Assembly: GCF_037042905.1 (NCBI RefSeq)
Contig: NC_087248.1
Location: 23,374,001 to 23,438,000, forward strand
DNA from: Lytechinus pictus
Lineage: Eukaryota
Direction: 5' to 3'
DNA: 64,000 bases
Shown here in pieces: positions 12,540 through 25,661 of this stretch. Positions within the stretch are counted from its first letter, which is position 1. Each line of letters opens with the position of its first letter. A program made the translations under genes and the position numbers. The notes under the pieces were generated by a model, which was given only the letters and a program-made list of their open reading frames with translations, did no database searches and was not told the origin of the DNA.

Positions 12540-13310
12540 GAGAGAGGGGGGCAGAGAGGAGGAGAGGGAGGAGGAAGGAGAATGATGAGGGGGCTGGAGC
12601 GAGGGAGACATGTACAGACAGACAGATTGGAGAGAGGGAAAGGGCAGTGACTGAAGTAGACATGATATGTGTGAGAGGAGAAATTTACAGAGAACAAAAA
12701 GGAAGAGTTGGCTCAAAAGAAGGGTGGCATATTTAGGTTGAAGACGAAAGTGCAGAGATTATAGAGAACTGACACTTCAGCATGACACGGGATGAAAGCG
12801 AATAGATGAGAGATGTGAGGGGGGAGGGAGGGAAGATAAGGGAGGGAAGAGAGGGTGAAAAAATTATAAGTTGAGGTAGCAAAATAAGACAGTGTCACCA
12901 ATTGTTTGTTTGTCCATAACATTACAATTACTGATGTCATAAACCTTATCTCATTCTCCAACTACTCGCTACTCACTCTCTCTCCCGCAGTCCCCCCCTT
13001 GCCTCTCTCATTTTCCCCACTACCTCATACACTCCCCCTCCTTCCCCCTCTGTCCCTCTTTCCCCACCCTCTCTTAGCCCTGCTATGTCCCCTCTCTCTC
13101 TCCATCTCTCTCTTCCCCACTCCCCTCCCGACCCCTCCCTATCAACTTACCTCCAACTTCTCCCGCCCCCCTCTCTCCCCACTGCTCCTATCCATCTCTC
13201 ACACTTTCTTTCCACCCCCCTTTTTTCCCTCCACCCTCCTCTCTCTCAATCAGCATCATATCTCTCCTCATGACCATCTCAACCCATCCATGCCATTATT
13301 TTTCCCCTAA
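12540..13310. repeat. Divergent GA-rich then CT-rich low-complexity tracts (similar tracts at 9740-10010, 30010-30800, 33030-33430, 39000-39830)
   Basis: Visible homopurine/homopyrimidine composition. Confidence 0.9.
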
Positions 13311-15506
13311 ATGTCACAAGGAAAAGTCAATTTGGGATGGCACTAACCAACAGCTCGCCTGGAGGGTTCCTCATCGAGAACCCGACGCGCTGGATAGCCG
13401 TGAAGTCGAAACCTAACGAGATACGGGCTAAAATCAATGATTTGCCAACTAGCTGGAAAGATATGGAAAATAAACATGACTCGCCGCTGCACGCTATGTT
13501 GGTAGGCTGGATGTCACGGCTACCATTCACACTTTAGAAGGATTCTGAGTCGCATGTTCCACTGCTCAAAATGCTTTCTAAAAAAACATCCAACATATGG
13601 ATGTGTTCTAGCTCATATTTCTTTTCTATCATGTTGGGAAACATAAGAATGGTATGAACACTATCTGTGTTTATTTAACATTTCACAGTATAATACAGTG
13701 CTCAGTAAGGAGTGGTATCATTTGTTGTTAATAATAATATCAGAAGTATTCTCTACAACATGTTCAGGTAATTTGAAGAAAAAAATTATCTGTGTCATAT
13801 TTTCAACATATCATCACTACTAAAAAATAAATGTTCATCACAAAATTTACATCATAATATAAATGTATATATGTAAGTAATCTGCTTCACCTAGATCTAA
13901 AGCCTGCTCAGACACATAATATTGCGTAACTGGTTGCCAAAGTTCAGACACAATGCACACTTATATGCTTTTGAGAACTTTCCAAACACTCACTGGCTCA
14001 AACCCTGGATTTGTCATCCTCTGTTTCATTATATCTTTAAAATTCTATCTGTTCTAAAATAAATATCATTTTAGTAGAGCCATACAACAATCAATGTGCG
14101 TGTGTCTGCCTGCATATGAGGTTGGGCCATCCGATAGCCTCGGGAAGGGTTTTGGGGAAAGAAAGAACGTAAAGAAGAACGGGAGTGAAAGATATTGGGT
14201 GTGAAGGGTGGAGGAGGTAATCAAAGTGATACTACTGGAAGGTGTAAACTCACACATTGTAGGAGAGAGGAAAGTACATACATAACACGAGGGTACATCT
14301 TTTGTTGCCCCTCCCCTTTCATTTTACCCCCTCCCCCCGTTGCTCTCTCTCTCTCTTTCCTCTGATTGAGTGGGTAATTATTTGTACTACACTGTTAAAA
14401 ATAATTTAAACAACGCTGTATACTATGTGAATCGCACAGTAGCTGTTCACAAACAGTTTAAACACATGTTTAATATCTTACACAATCATGCTTAAAATTG
14501 ATAAGTAAATATTTGAATTTACACTTTGTTCTTTAAGATTTTAAAATGTTTAGACAACTACTGTGCAATTTAAAAATAAACAACGTTGTTTAAATTAGTT
14601 TTAATAGTGTATAACATTTCACATTATTCTCCCTCCCCCCTCCCCCAAGAAATAAATAAATCCAGGGCAGAACGTTGGGAGTAGTACCATGTCAGTGATT
14701 TTGATTCATTCGTTTGCGAGTCGATCCGATGGGAGGATTTCAGTAGCATATAACAATACCAAGGGAACATTTATTCCTCAAAACACTTCCTTGCAAGATG
14801 AGCCTATAATAAGGACCATACCATGAAGAAAGGAGACAGAGTGAGGGAGAGAGGGGGGGGGATAAAAATCCACAAAATGAGAAACGCAAAGTATCCTGGA
14901 AACAAATTACAGGTAGAGTTATCAAACCAATCCCCAAGCTAGGGACCTATAGCGAAATTAATTTTGCCAGACATCTGAGGTCTATGGAGAAAATCTCAGT
15001 AATTGACTTTTTGCCTTTCATCCCAAGCCTCATGATTTTATCCCTATTTTTCTTTTCAAAGATGCGCAAGAGACTATAAAATTTGTGCATTACATGCATG
15101 AAGTATCAACTCAATCGCTCTTGGTGAAAGTCAATTTAAAGGGCCAACTTAAAGGGTCGATTCAAAGAGTCATTAAATATCTTGGACCACTGTGGTCATG
15201 ATCATCAAGATCTGAAACGGTTTGCTAAAAAAAAAAAATTTAAATAAAGTAATTAACCAAAATGGTTTTAGAATATTACCTTTTTAATATTTCATTAACA
15301 TTTCTGAATATTATATAATGAAGAATACATCCAAGGGTTCATGGGTCCTGATATTACAACAATAGTACATTAATTCTGTAATGAAATGCACCTTTATTAG
15401 TAAAATATACATATATTTCATTCACCTATTAAAATGTGCATTAAGAATAAAATAAAAAAAATTGCATTTATATCTTTCACATATGTTATAACATCTTCAC
15501 ATGACA

Positions 15507-17778
15507 ATAGAGTACCGAAGTGTGATGTCACAAAAAACTTTTTTTGCATTTCAGCGTTTTTGATACCATATTTTGGCAGCGCATGATGAAAAAACCCCAC
15601 TACCAAAATTTGGAGGCAATCGGTCCATGGGGGCCTTAGATATGACCTCATGAATACATAATTAGCCCCATTGAAGTCAATGTATTACTAGTATTGGCCT
15701 GGGGCGGTATTCTGAAAACGTTCTTATCTTAATTTTGTTCTTATCTACGTCATGTTCTCAAATTGGTATTCTGAAAACGTTCTTATCTTTTGTTCTTATC
15801 TTTTTTCTTATCTTGCTCTCCCTCCTATGCTGAGCGCGTAAATTTATAACTCGCGCATATAATACAAAAGCGCGCTAAAAGATAAGAACAAAATAAAGAT
15901 AAGTGGTATTCTGAAAACGTTCTTATCTTTTATCTTTCTTATCTCTTTACGATATTTATGATAATATTTAAGATAGCTAGAGGGTTATCACATCTCAGGA
16001 TGTCCGCGTTCTTTCTTTCCCAAAATCGATGGCCACTGGTAGTAACAAATATTCTTTCCACCCTTTCTTTCATTCACCCTTTATTTTGCCCATCTCTTTT
16101 TCTATCTCTTATTTCTTTCTGTATTTATTTTCTCCTTTTCTTCCTTTCTGTTTGTCTGTCTTTCTTTCTTCCTTTCTTTCATTTTTCATTTATATCTCTT
16201 GTTTATTCTTTTGAATCTTTTCTTTTCTTCCTTATTTTTCTTTTTCTTTGTTTTCCTTTTTCTTCTTTACTAAGTCTTTATTTTCCCCCTCTTTCTTCCT
16301 TTCTTTCTTCCCCTTTTTTTTTCTTCCTTCACTTTATTTTTTTTTCAGTATCTTTTTTATTTCTTCATTCTTTTTCTTTCTTTCATTTATTCTTTCGTCT
16401 TTATATTTGTTTTATTTATTCATTTTGTTTTTTCCTTATTTTTCTTTGTTTTCCTTCTCTTATCATCTTTTTCTTGTTATTTTTTATTCTTTCCATCAAT
16501 CTTAATTCGTTTCTTTTTTTTCATTCATTCTTTATTTTTCCCGCCTTTTTATTTTCCTTTTTCGTTTTTTTTTCTTTATTTCTTTACCGTTCGTTCCTTC
16601 TATCTTTCTTTAGTCTTTATTTTTGCTTTAATTATCCTTTCATCTTTTCTCTTTCTTCCTTTTTTTCTTTCTTTCTCTCCGAGTCTCTCTCTCTCTTTCT
16701 TTATTTCTGGTCTATTTTCCTTTTTTCTCTCTTCCTTTACTTTTTACAGTTTTTTAATTCCTTCCTTTTCTCTTTTGATTACTTTCTTTCATTCGTTTTT
16801 TTCTATTTTTTTTTCTTTTGGGGTTCTTTTATTCTTTCATTTTATCCTTTTTAATCTTTTTATTTTGTCCCTTTTGGTTTTTTTTTGTAAAGTTTCTTTC
16901 TTTTTCCTTCTTTATTTTCTTTCATTTTTTATTCCTCTTTTTATCATTAATAATCGTTCTATTCATTCCTCCTTTTTCTTTCTTTTATTCATTCTTTTTT
17001 TCTTTCTTTTAATTTTCTATTTTCTTTTAAGTTCTTTTTGCTTGCTTTCTTTTGTTTACCTTTTCTTTTTTTCATTGTTTTCTGCTTTGTTCCTTTCCTT
17101 TTTTTTTTGCTTCGTTCTGACCCTTTACTGTCTTCTTTCTTTCTTTGTTTTTTTTTCTTCCTGCTTAATTTTTTATTCGTACCTGCTTTATTTACCTTTT
17201 TTCTTTAATTTCTTTCTTTATTTTGTGCACGTGTCTCGAAATAATAATCAGTCATTGCGTATAAAATGCCTATCTCGCGCAATGCGCCAGAAACAGTGTA
17301 CGCGCAGCGCCCATGATATTCTCTTCACATAAGGAACGCTTCTATTGGTTAAACGTACAATATAACACGCATTTTGATTGGTAATATCCTAAAAATGGGC
17401 GTGTTGAAGATAAGAAGGAGGCAGTCCTTACAGAGATAAGAACGCGTTAAGAAGATTTTCAGAATACCGATTTGCAATGATTTTAGCGTCTTCTTATCTC
17501 ATTGAGATAAGAACAAAGATAAGAACGTTTTCAGAATACCACCCCTGGTTCCTAACTTTTAGAACTTTTGGGTTGTGGGGGTTTTTCACCATGCTCTACC
17601 AAAATATGGTATCAAAAATGCAAAAAAAAGCAAAAAGTGAAGGAAAAAATTCAAACTTTTTAGCCCTCCAAAGGCCTTTTATTGAGTCAAATGATATCAA
17701 AATATTATTACACAATAAATAAATGAACAACATTTCTCTCAAAGTGAAAATTGATGACATTACACTTCGGTACTCAAT
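15507..17778. mobile_element. MITE interrupted by a nested Harbinger-like element
   Basis: Outer TIRs gagtaccgaagtgtgatgtca / tgacattacacttcggtactc, with further inverted arms tttttgataccatattttgg / ccaaaatatggtatcaaaaa. Confidence 0.8.
15702..17544. mobile_element. Harbinger-like non-autonomous element with a 1.2-kb T-rich interior
   Basis: TIR gggcggtattctgaaaacgttcttatctt / aagataagaacgttttcagaataccaccc. CTG target duplication at 15699-15701 and 17545-17547. Subterminal repeats of the TIR motif. Confidence 0.85.
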
Positions 17779-18479
17779 AATTTTTTCAAAAATTTCTGTC
17801 AAAAATTTACTTTGTATGCCACATGAAGCCCAGCGCACCCTTTGAGACTTGATTGCCCCAAAGATGCCATTGCAACAAAATTACAGAGTGTACCCCAACC
17901 TACAATGCCCTCCAATCTGCTTTGTTGCAGCAGAATTGCAGACCAAATCTCAGACATCTGACGTGTCAAATCTTTCTGGGATATTTCTGCGATTTTGTTA
18001 ATTTTAGCCAATCAGATTCGTCCCAGACGATGACGTCATGGCCAATTTGCTGCGCTGCTGCAGCGCAGACAACGTACGTGCAACAGAAGAAGCGCCACGA
18101 AGATGCAGCGTGCCGCAGAGCTGTTGCTATGTTTACACTGGCCTGCAATGTGTGATATGCGATGGGCAACTTTGTTCCAATCAGCTCTTGGTGCAATTGC
18201 ATCGCGTAGTGTGCGCTGGGCTTAAGTCCAACAAATAAATTCATTAATATAAATGTTTCTAAGTGTACTAGAAAGAACAGGACAAGACAATGCGGAACAG
18301 ACGGATATTAAAAGAGAGAAAAAAGAGAGGGAGAGAGAGCTTTAAAAAAAAAAGATATTAATAAAGGGGAGGCAGGACTGATAACAAGCGAGGATGAATC
18401 AGTTTAAGAGGTTGGCAAACATTTGCCGGCTACATCTCAGTAAACACTATCATCCAGTTTTGCCCAGATTTACATTTAT

Positions 18480-19480
18480 GATTAATACCCCATATAGAGA
18501 GATCACATGTCATACATGCAGCATGATGCATGCTTGATATTAAGAGAGTAGGGAAGGGGGGGGGGTGTGGTTGAGGAGATGGGGGAGGGGTGGGGCTGGG
18601 ATTTACATTGTTTTTTTATCAATGTACATCATAAAGAGTGATCACATTTCATAGCTAGATCTATGCTTGATATTAGGAGGGCAGGGAAGGGGTAAATGAG
18701 TGGGGGCTGAGATCTCCCTTTTTTATATTAAATATACATCATATAGATCGATAACAAGTCATAGTTAGATGCATGCTTGATATTAGGAGGGTGGGGAAGG
18801 GGTAATTGAAGGGGGGGCTGGCATTTACATTTTTTTATTAATACCCGATATAGAGAGATCACATGTCATAGCTAGAAGCATGCTTGATATTAGGAGGGCG
18901 GGAAAGGGGTGAATGGGGGGGGGGGGGCTGGCAATCCTGGCATTTACTTTTATGATTAATACCCCATATAGAGAGATCACATGTAATAGCTTGCATGATG
19001 CATGCTTGATATTAGGAGGGCAGGGTAGGGGGGTGGGGGCTGGGATTTACATTTTTTTATCAACATACATCATAAAGAGTGATAAAATTTCATAGCTATA
19101 TAGATCTATGCTTGATATTAAAAGGGCGAGGAAGGGGGGGGGTGGAGGGCTGGGATTTACATTGTTTTATCAATATACATCGCATAAATAGATCACATGT
19201 CATAGCTAGACGCATGCTTGAGAAGGGTGGGAAGAGGTGACTGAGGGAGGGGGATGGGATTTGCATTTGTTATCAACATACGCCATATAGAGCAATCACA
19301 TTTCGTAGCAAGATGCATACTTGATATTTACGAGGGTGGGGGAAGGGGCAGGCGTGAGGGGGGAATCACATTCATAATTTATTATACCTCATATACAGAA
19401 ATTACGTCGATGTATGCTTAATAATATGAGGGTGGGGGAATCAAGGGGTGGGTGGGAGGGCTTGAATAGTTAGATGCATA
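18480..19480. repeat. G-rich minisatellite, ~9 units of ~105-140 bp
   Basis: Unit ataccccatatagagagatcacatgtcatagctagatgcatgcttgatattaggagggtggggaagggg...gggggctgggatttacattttt. Confidence 0.9.
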
Positions 19481-19853
19481 AAGTGGAGGTGTCGTGGCTG
19501 AGTGTTCTGATGTGCCTGACTAGACAAATGAAAGTCCAGTGTGCGATTCCCTGCCATAGCACCTCTGCCCTTGAGCAAGGCATTTAATCAACAGTGCTAT
19601 TTTATTCTACATTCAAATAAATGGAAATGCTATAAGCATTCTTTGCAAAACAGTGTGTGTACTTGGGTTTTTTTATAAGTAAAATAAATAAATAAGTGAT
19701 ATTAAAAGTGGATGGGGGAGGGGGAGGATGAGGGAGTGGGGAGGATGAGGGAGTGGGGTAGCTGGGGTATACACTGATAAAAGATAAACAGAGAAAAGAA
19801 ATATTTGTGTATATATCTTCTATCTTCCCATGTAAATTACCAACTGAATGCAC

Positions 19854-20011
19854 CTTGTACATTGCATCCCATTCACTGGAACACACCAGCTGTGATTCAC
19901 CGTCGTCGGCCGCCTTCTCTGTATTAATATGTTTACAATACATCCAGGCGAGATCGACGACAGCAGACGATCGGATATCTTTCTCACTATCCATTCTGGC
20001 GAGATTTACGT
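19854..20011 (-). CDS. Candidate alternative (isoform-specific) dystrophin exon
   Basis: ctaat branch-like motif, then ttttctcgaccgtt, then tandem acceptor aag/tag. Open frame (D)VNLARMDSEKDIRSSAVVDLAWMYCKHINTEKAADDGESQLVCSSEWDAMYK. The donor AAG|gtgcat is weak but in phase 0, matching the 10654 acceptor. An internal ATG (19994) sits in agaATGg context. Sequence is unique and CpG-rich. Confidence 0.35.
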
Positions 20012-22038
20012 CTACTTTAACGGTCGAGAAAATTAGACCAAGAGGATTTTCTCATGCAGTATTTATCTTCCCCCTCGCTTTTGACTAATTAAGCAATCAG
20101 TAACTGTATCGCTGGTCATTGCTTGAATGGGGGTGTTGAAAGTGTTATCGGCTGAGATCATTAGCTAAAAAGGAAAAAGGCTGTATACTGAGAGTGTGAA
20201 TGATGAAATAGGAGGCCCATAAATTTAATAAGATACGATCGCTGTCACCAATTTATGATATGCAAGTATACATGTATTCTTGAGTGATTAATGCCTACCA
20301 AATTTTTAAAAGTATACTTGTAGAATATACTGACAGAATACATTGCTTTATTCTGCCAATGTTGATTGGAGGTAAAATAACCATGTCACAATACATTTTG
20401 TGATGGTCATCATTATACTTGAACTTTACTTTAATAATTTACTTTACTTGATAAAAATATTTAAAATATAGCAAATAAAAGAAGTGTATTTCCAGAGTTT
20501 TACATCAACATTAGAATTATTTTTTTATCAAAAAACTTCTTTGATTTCCTTTTTTCCTTTTCCAGCTTTTGTTAAAGTATTATGACAGTTATATCGGGAG
20601 AATAAACCCACAGGTGGAAGTCATTCAATTCCCTTTTTCTTTTTCCAGGCATAGGTGAATCCGAACAAATACTATTGATGATGATGATGACGATGATGAT
20701 AACGACAATGATGACGATGATGATGATGGTGATGATAATGATGGTGATGATGATAATGATAACGATAACAACAATAATAATACCCCATAGATGGAAATCG
20801 TTGCTCGATTTAGCCTCTCCGTATCTCAAACACGCCACAAGGTAGAGAGGGATGGGGTTGGAAGAGTTACCCTTTGATAATCCAATCCATAAGAGGATGC
20901 CCTTCAGATGGGGAAAATAGGATTCTAACTGTCTGAAGAGGGGATATAATTATTGGATTGCTCACTATAAGCAGGTTTGGATCTAGGGGGGAGGTAAGTA
21001 CAACCTGTAAAATTTGAAAACATAATGGGCCCCTTGGTAGAATGCGTTACAAAACTAAAAATTTCGCATCCATTAAAATAAGTGATGACATATTCTTTCT
21101 GACCAATTCGCAACCTGTAGAAGTCTGACGCTGGTTCCGGACGCCTGATAAGGACCAATCATCCTCGTTCGCACAAGAGAGAATAAAAATATAAATTTTC
21201 AGAACTACTTCACCAAAAAGTGATCTTGTTGCTATGGGAAAGCTCTCAGCTTCAAGCGAAGTTAGAAACCGCAGTGTAGGCATTCTACACACAACATGTG
21301 CGAAGATTGCTTCCCGAAGAACGGTTGTGGTCTCACCTACACTTTACACACTAGTTTAACAAGGCCAAGCGATCGTGAAAACCACATCTTGAGGTGGTTT
21401 TGCAAACCAGTCTGGAAGATTGCTTCCAAGACCGCTTTGAGCGCTGATATAACATGTTAAACTAGATTCCACTAAACTAGTTTTAGGACTGTAATGGGAA
21501 CAGGGAGTCTAAGTCTATCCAGGGATGATAGCAATACTCTCTCATCCACTCTCTCTCTCACTCTCTCTCCACTCTCATCTTCACTCTTAAACTCTCTCAC
21601 TCGACTCCCTCACATACGAACACACACACGTCCATTCTTCAGGTTGCTTACATTGCCAAATGGCATTTGCAAGGCAAATCAAACCCACTCAATTATGATA
21701 TACTTTCAAGGGATCATCATCATCCAATTTGGTGCTGATGCACTTTCATAAGTGTACCAATAGATAGCATTGAACGTGTGCATTTCTGGTTCTTGTCTCC
21801 CAATGCATCATGGGACTGAATTTTGGTACGGGAGCAGCTGTGATAATACGAATACCATTTCAAACAATTCACTTTTGAGCATTGTTTGCTATTTGAATTC
21901 TTTCTAACGATCAACGAGAATAGGTTTGAGTCCAACTCATCTTAGAAGACGTTGCATGTAAGCGTGCCTCAACGTTGTATTGAATGCACTTGTGCATGCA
22001 GTTAGAAAACACCCCGTCCATCCGTCCTTCCTCCCTGT

Positions 22039-22328
22039 GGGGGCGTCGTGGTCTAGTGGTTATGACTCTCGTCTTTCAATCTGAGGGACGCGGGTTTGAT
22101 TCCTAGCCATGACATGCTTTCCTTCAGCAAGAAATTTGCCCACATTGTGCTGCACTCAACCCAGGTGAGGTACATGGGTACCCAGTTGAAAGAAATTCCT
22201 CAAATGCTTGAGTGCCAAGGTAGCCAACTTAAAGTCGGGGTAATAATAATCGCAGGGCCGACTGGGAGACCAGTTTACAGAACTGAAGTGTGGCTTCCCT
22301 GGGTAAATATACAGTTATTATTATTATT
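22039..22328 (+). mobile_element. Near full-length tRNA-derived SINE, family B (CORE-like)
   Basis: A box tggtctagtgg, B box ggtttgattcc, core ccttcagcaag...cactcaacccaggtgaggtacatgggtacc, (TTA)n tail. Related pieces lie at 8100-8215, 19485-19600, 47820-48025, 61375-61573, and a minus-strand head at 29767-29840. Confidence 0.85.
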
Positions 22329-23160
22329 GTCTATCGGATTGGACCCTATATTGCATGTTAAAACCAATAAACTATTCATGAAAGAGTAGGGTGTTCACTT
22401 GTATTCTTTACACCTACCGATTCCCTAGTCTGCAGGTACAGACCCTTATTTTTCACAATTCACATAGTGCATAATGCAGAGTCTGAAGTAGTGAGACTAG
22501 ATTGCCTACGTACTGTGGCTGGCTCTACCTATTTGACACAGACAGAGCCTTTGGCATCTAGTCTTTATTTTAGACCTGTTATTGGTTAAAGTGTCAAATA
22601 TGAGGCTTAGCTGGCAGACTACCAGCTCCCTGCAATGAGTGGGCTACTTATCCATGTCAACTTTGAAATTCAAAAGACCTTGACACCATATCAGATTTAA
22701 TATAATTTACATGTGCATGTACTTCACATTTTCCTAAACTTATGGGGAAAATTTCCTCATAAAATGTCAGTCATATCAAATTTTTGGGGAATGCCTGGTG
22801 GATGAAATTCAGATGTTTATTCCACCAGCATTTCTACATTTTTTTAAAGAATTTTTTTTAGTTTCATGAATCATGATACAAGCTCAAACATGATCTTCCA
22901 GATAATTTCATTGATTATATTTTCTTGGTCACCTCAATTTGATTTCATGAAAACATATTGAATTTTTTTTTCACCTCCAGATGTGATTCTTAGGGGGGTG
23001 TAACAAGAAATTATTTGCAATCAGTTGCAAATATTCTGTTGCAATTTTACAATCGATGGATCAATTTTAGCTGTAGCAAATCAGTTGAACACTCAGTGTT
23101 GCAAGAACTGGATGAGCAGTCTATTGCAAATTTTCAATCAAATGCAAGAAATAAATTCTG

Positions 23161-23368
23161 CTGGTTTCACAAAGATTTAAGTATGACTTAGAGTCGCACT
23201 TAAATGCCTAGTTGTGTGAGGTATGAAAGGCATAACCGCATTGGTCAGATCATGCAAAGAGGACGCGCACTATTGCGCATTGATCAATTAGATTGCGCGC
23301 TGCATGTCAGATACGCGTCAGCATTTAAGCGCGATTTAAGTCATACTTAAATCTTTGTGAAACACCCC
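23161..23368. mobile_element. Palindromic Harbinger-like MITE (sibling at 54446-54648)
   Basis: gtttcacaaagatttaagtatgactta / taagtcatacttaaatctttgtgaaac. Confidence 0.8.
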
Positions 23369-24183
23369 CTAAATTATTTGGGACCCCAAATAGATTTGCA
23401 ATTGATGATAAGGTACCGTGTCCAAACTCGGTGCCATGTCTCTAGCAAAGGATCCAGCTACAAACTTTGCACTTTGCGTCTTTTCATAGCGGTTTTCCTG
23501 CATCCCCCATTGTTTTGTCAATGACAAAGTGTGAGGATTGGTATTGAAAGGCCGCTTGCGGGATTCCTGCGCAAAAGACGGTGCTCTGACTTTTGATAAG
23601 GTATCCAAGTTCCTTAAAATGCCCCCATTAATGATTGATATGCAACAAAAATCCTCCCTAAAACAAGATAAGAATTCAAAATAATTAAGAAAACGGAGAA
23701 AATTCTTAGATAAACTGATCGAAAGGACACTATACCATCCTGGACATGATTAAAAAATTTTATGGAAAGAGAGCCAAATCATGATTGATGTAATATCTTA
23801 ATTTGAGGAGGAGCTCACTTAAAATGTGTGTGTGAGTAGGGGATGACGTTGTGGGAAAGATATATATATAAAAATCAATCATATACAGGCCATGATCCGG
23901 CTATCCTATATTGATTAAAATCCGCTTAGCCAAACAGTGATTCCCCAATATCCACCTCACAGACCTGACCTAAATCTTGCGAATCTATTTCAACCCTCCG
24001 TCTCTCTTTCTCCCTCTCTTTTTTTCCCTCCCGCTCTTTTTACACTTCCTTACAATATGTCATGCCCTCCTCTCTCTATCTCAATATCTCGAAACGTTCA
24101 CTGTAAATGCGGAGAAGTAAGAACTCTACTTGATTTTTGTTGTGCAATGCTGATTGGTGATGTCTGCATCTAAACACTTTTAA

Positions 24184-24629
24184 AGGTCAAGTCCACCCCA
24201 GAAAAATGTTGATTAGAATAAACAGAGAAAAATCAATCTAGCATACCATTGAAAATTTCATCAAAATCGGATGTAAAAAAAGAAAGTTATGGCATTTTAA
24301 TGTTTCGCTTATTTTTCACAAAACAGTGATATGCACAACTCTTTGACATGCTCGGGGAGTAATTAATCCTTGTTTCACTTGACAATGTGGAGAAAATTAG
24401 AATATTTCATATTTCATATAATAAAATACAAAAGAAATAGAGAGTGGATGAATTCATCAGTCTCCTCATTTGCATACCGACCAGGATGTCCATATAACTG
24501 TTTTGTGAAATTGAGCAAAACTTTATAACTTTATTTCACATCCGATTTTGATGAAATTTTCAGTTTTATGCTTGTTGGATTTTACTCTTTTTATTCAAAT
24601 CAACCTTTTTGTTGGAGTGGACTTGACCT
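24184..24629. mobile_element. Kolobok-like MITE, same family as 1748-2365 in opposite orientation, internally deleted
   Basis: ttaa|aggtcaagtccacccc ... gagtggacttgacct|ttaa. Confidence 0.85.
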
Positions 24630-24902
24630 TTAAACATCTCCTCACTATCTCTCTTTCTCTCTATATTGTTTCTTTCCCATTAACCCTTGCCCCTTGTAAC
24701 AGTAAAATAAAATCACCCCAGGCATGACACCTCCATGATAAAATCCTAAAACCCTCTGCTTTTTGGGGGATATAAGAAATATTGATTTCACCGGAAACAC
24801 ACGTGCACATGCACACAATACATTGAAAAATGACATCTGAAGAAGATATGAACGTACTAAACCACAACAAGTATTCAGTATAACAGAATATACACTCGTA
24901 TA

Positions 24903-25315
24903 CAGGGTGCTACATAACTTTTTAGAAGCACTTGCCCGATCTGGGAAGTAACTTTTTAAATAGTTGGAATACACTTGCCCAAAAATCTTTGCCTAAAAAA
25001 TCCTTGAAAAAAAAAGTTTTACCTCTTCAAAAGAGAGTTTTGCAGTTTTATAAACCATTGACCTTTTTATCTCTTTTGACATGAACTGATTTACCTTGTT
25101 ATTGCATTTCTTTTTCCAAAGTGATTTCATCTTGCCTGCCATGACCAAAATAAGGGTCAATATCATATATATCGACCCTAATTTTGGTCATTCTACTGTG
25201 AGAATTTTGCTTGCCCAATTCGGGCAAGTAGTTTTTGTCTTTACTTCAAAACACTTGCCCGACTGTAACTTTTACTTGCCCCGGGCAATCGGGCAAGTGC
25301 TTATGTAGCACCCTG
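24903..25315. mobile_element. MITE with CAGGG termini
   Basis: TIR cagggtgctacataa / ttatgtagcaccctg, internal cacttgcccg repeats, flanking 5-bp direct repeat gtata. Confidence 0.8.
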
Positions 25316-25454
25316 GTATATAATATTCAATATTGTATGCATATAACATAATGTTGTTTTGACTCTTGTAACTGTCTTCAATTATAACCAAACCTCGCAT
25401 TACCAATTTTGTTCTGAACTCTTTAAATCCATGAAATTTATAAAATTTATTCAT

Positions 25455-25661
25455 GCATTTTTTTTTGACATTTCTAAAAGGGTTATTTTTCAATTTCAAA
25501 TGATTTGAATTCACATCTTAATGCTTTTGAATTCAAATCTGTAAGATTAAAACCTATTCATACATTTTTTTTACATTTCTAAAAGGGTTATTTTTCAATT
25601 TCAAATGATTTGAATTCACATTTTGATGCTTTTAAATTCAAATCTGTAAGATTAAAACCTA
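25455..25661. repeat. Direct tandem duplication of ~107 bp
   Basis: catttctaaaagggttatttttcaatttcaaatgatttgaattcaca...aaatctgtaagattaaaaccta occurs twice. Confidence 0.9.

Noticed and set aside
15958-17332. Long Phe/Leu/Ser-rich ORFs (298 and 185 aa) resembling membrane proteins
   Set aside because: They are translations of a T-rich low-complexity tract inside a transposon, open only because stop codons need purines.
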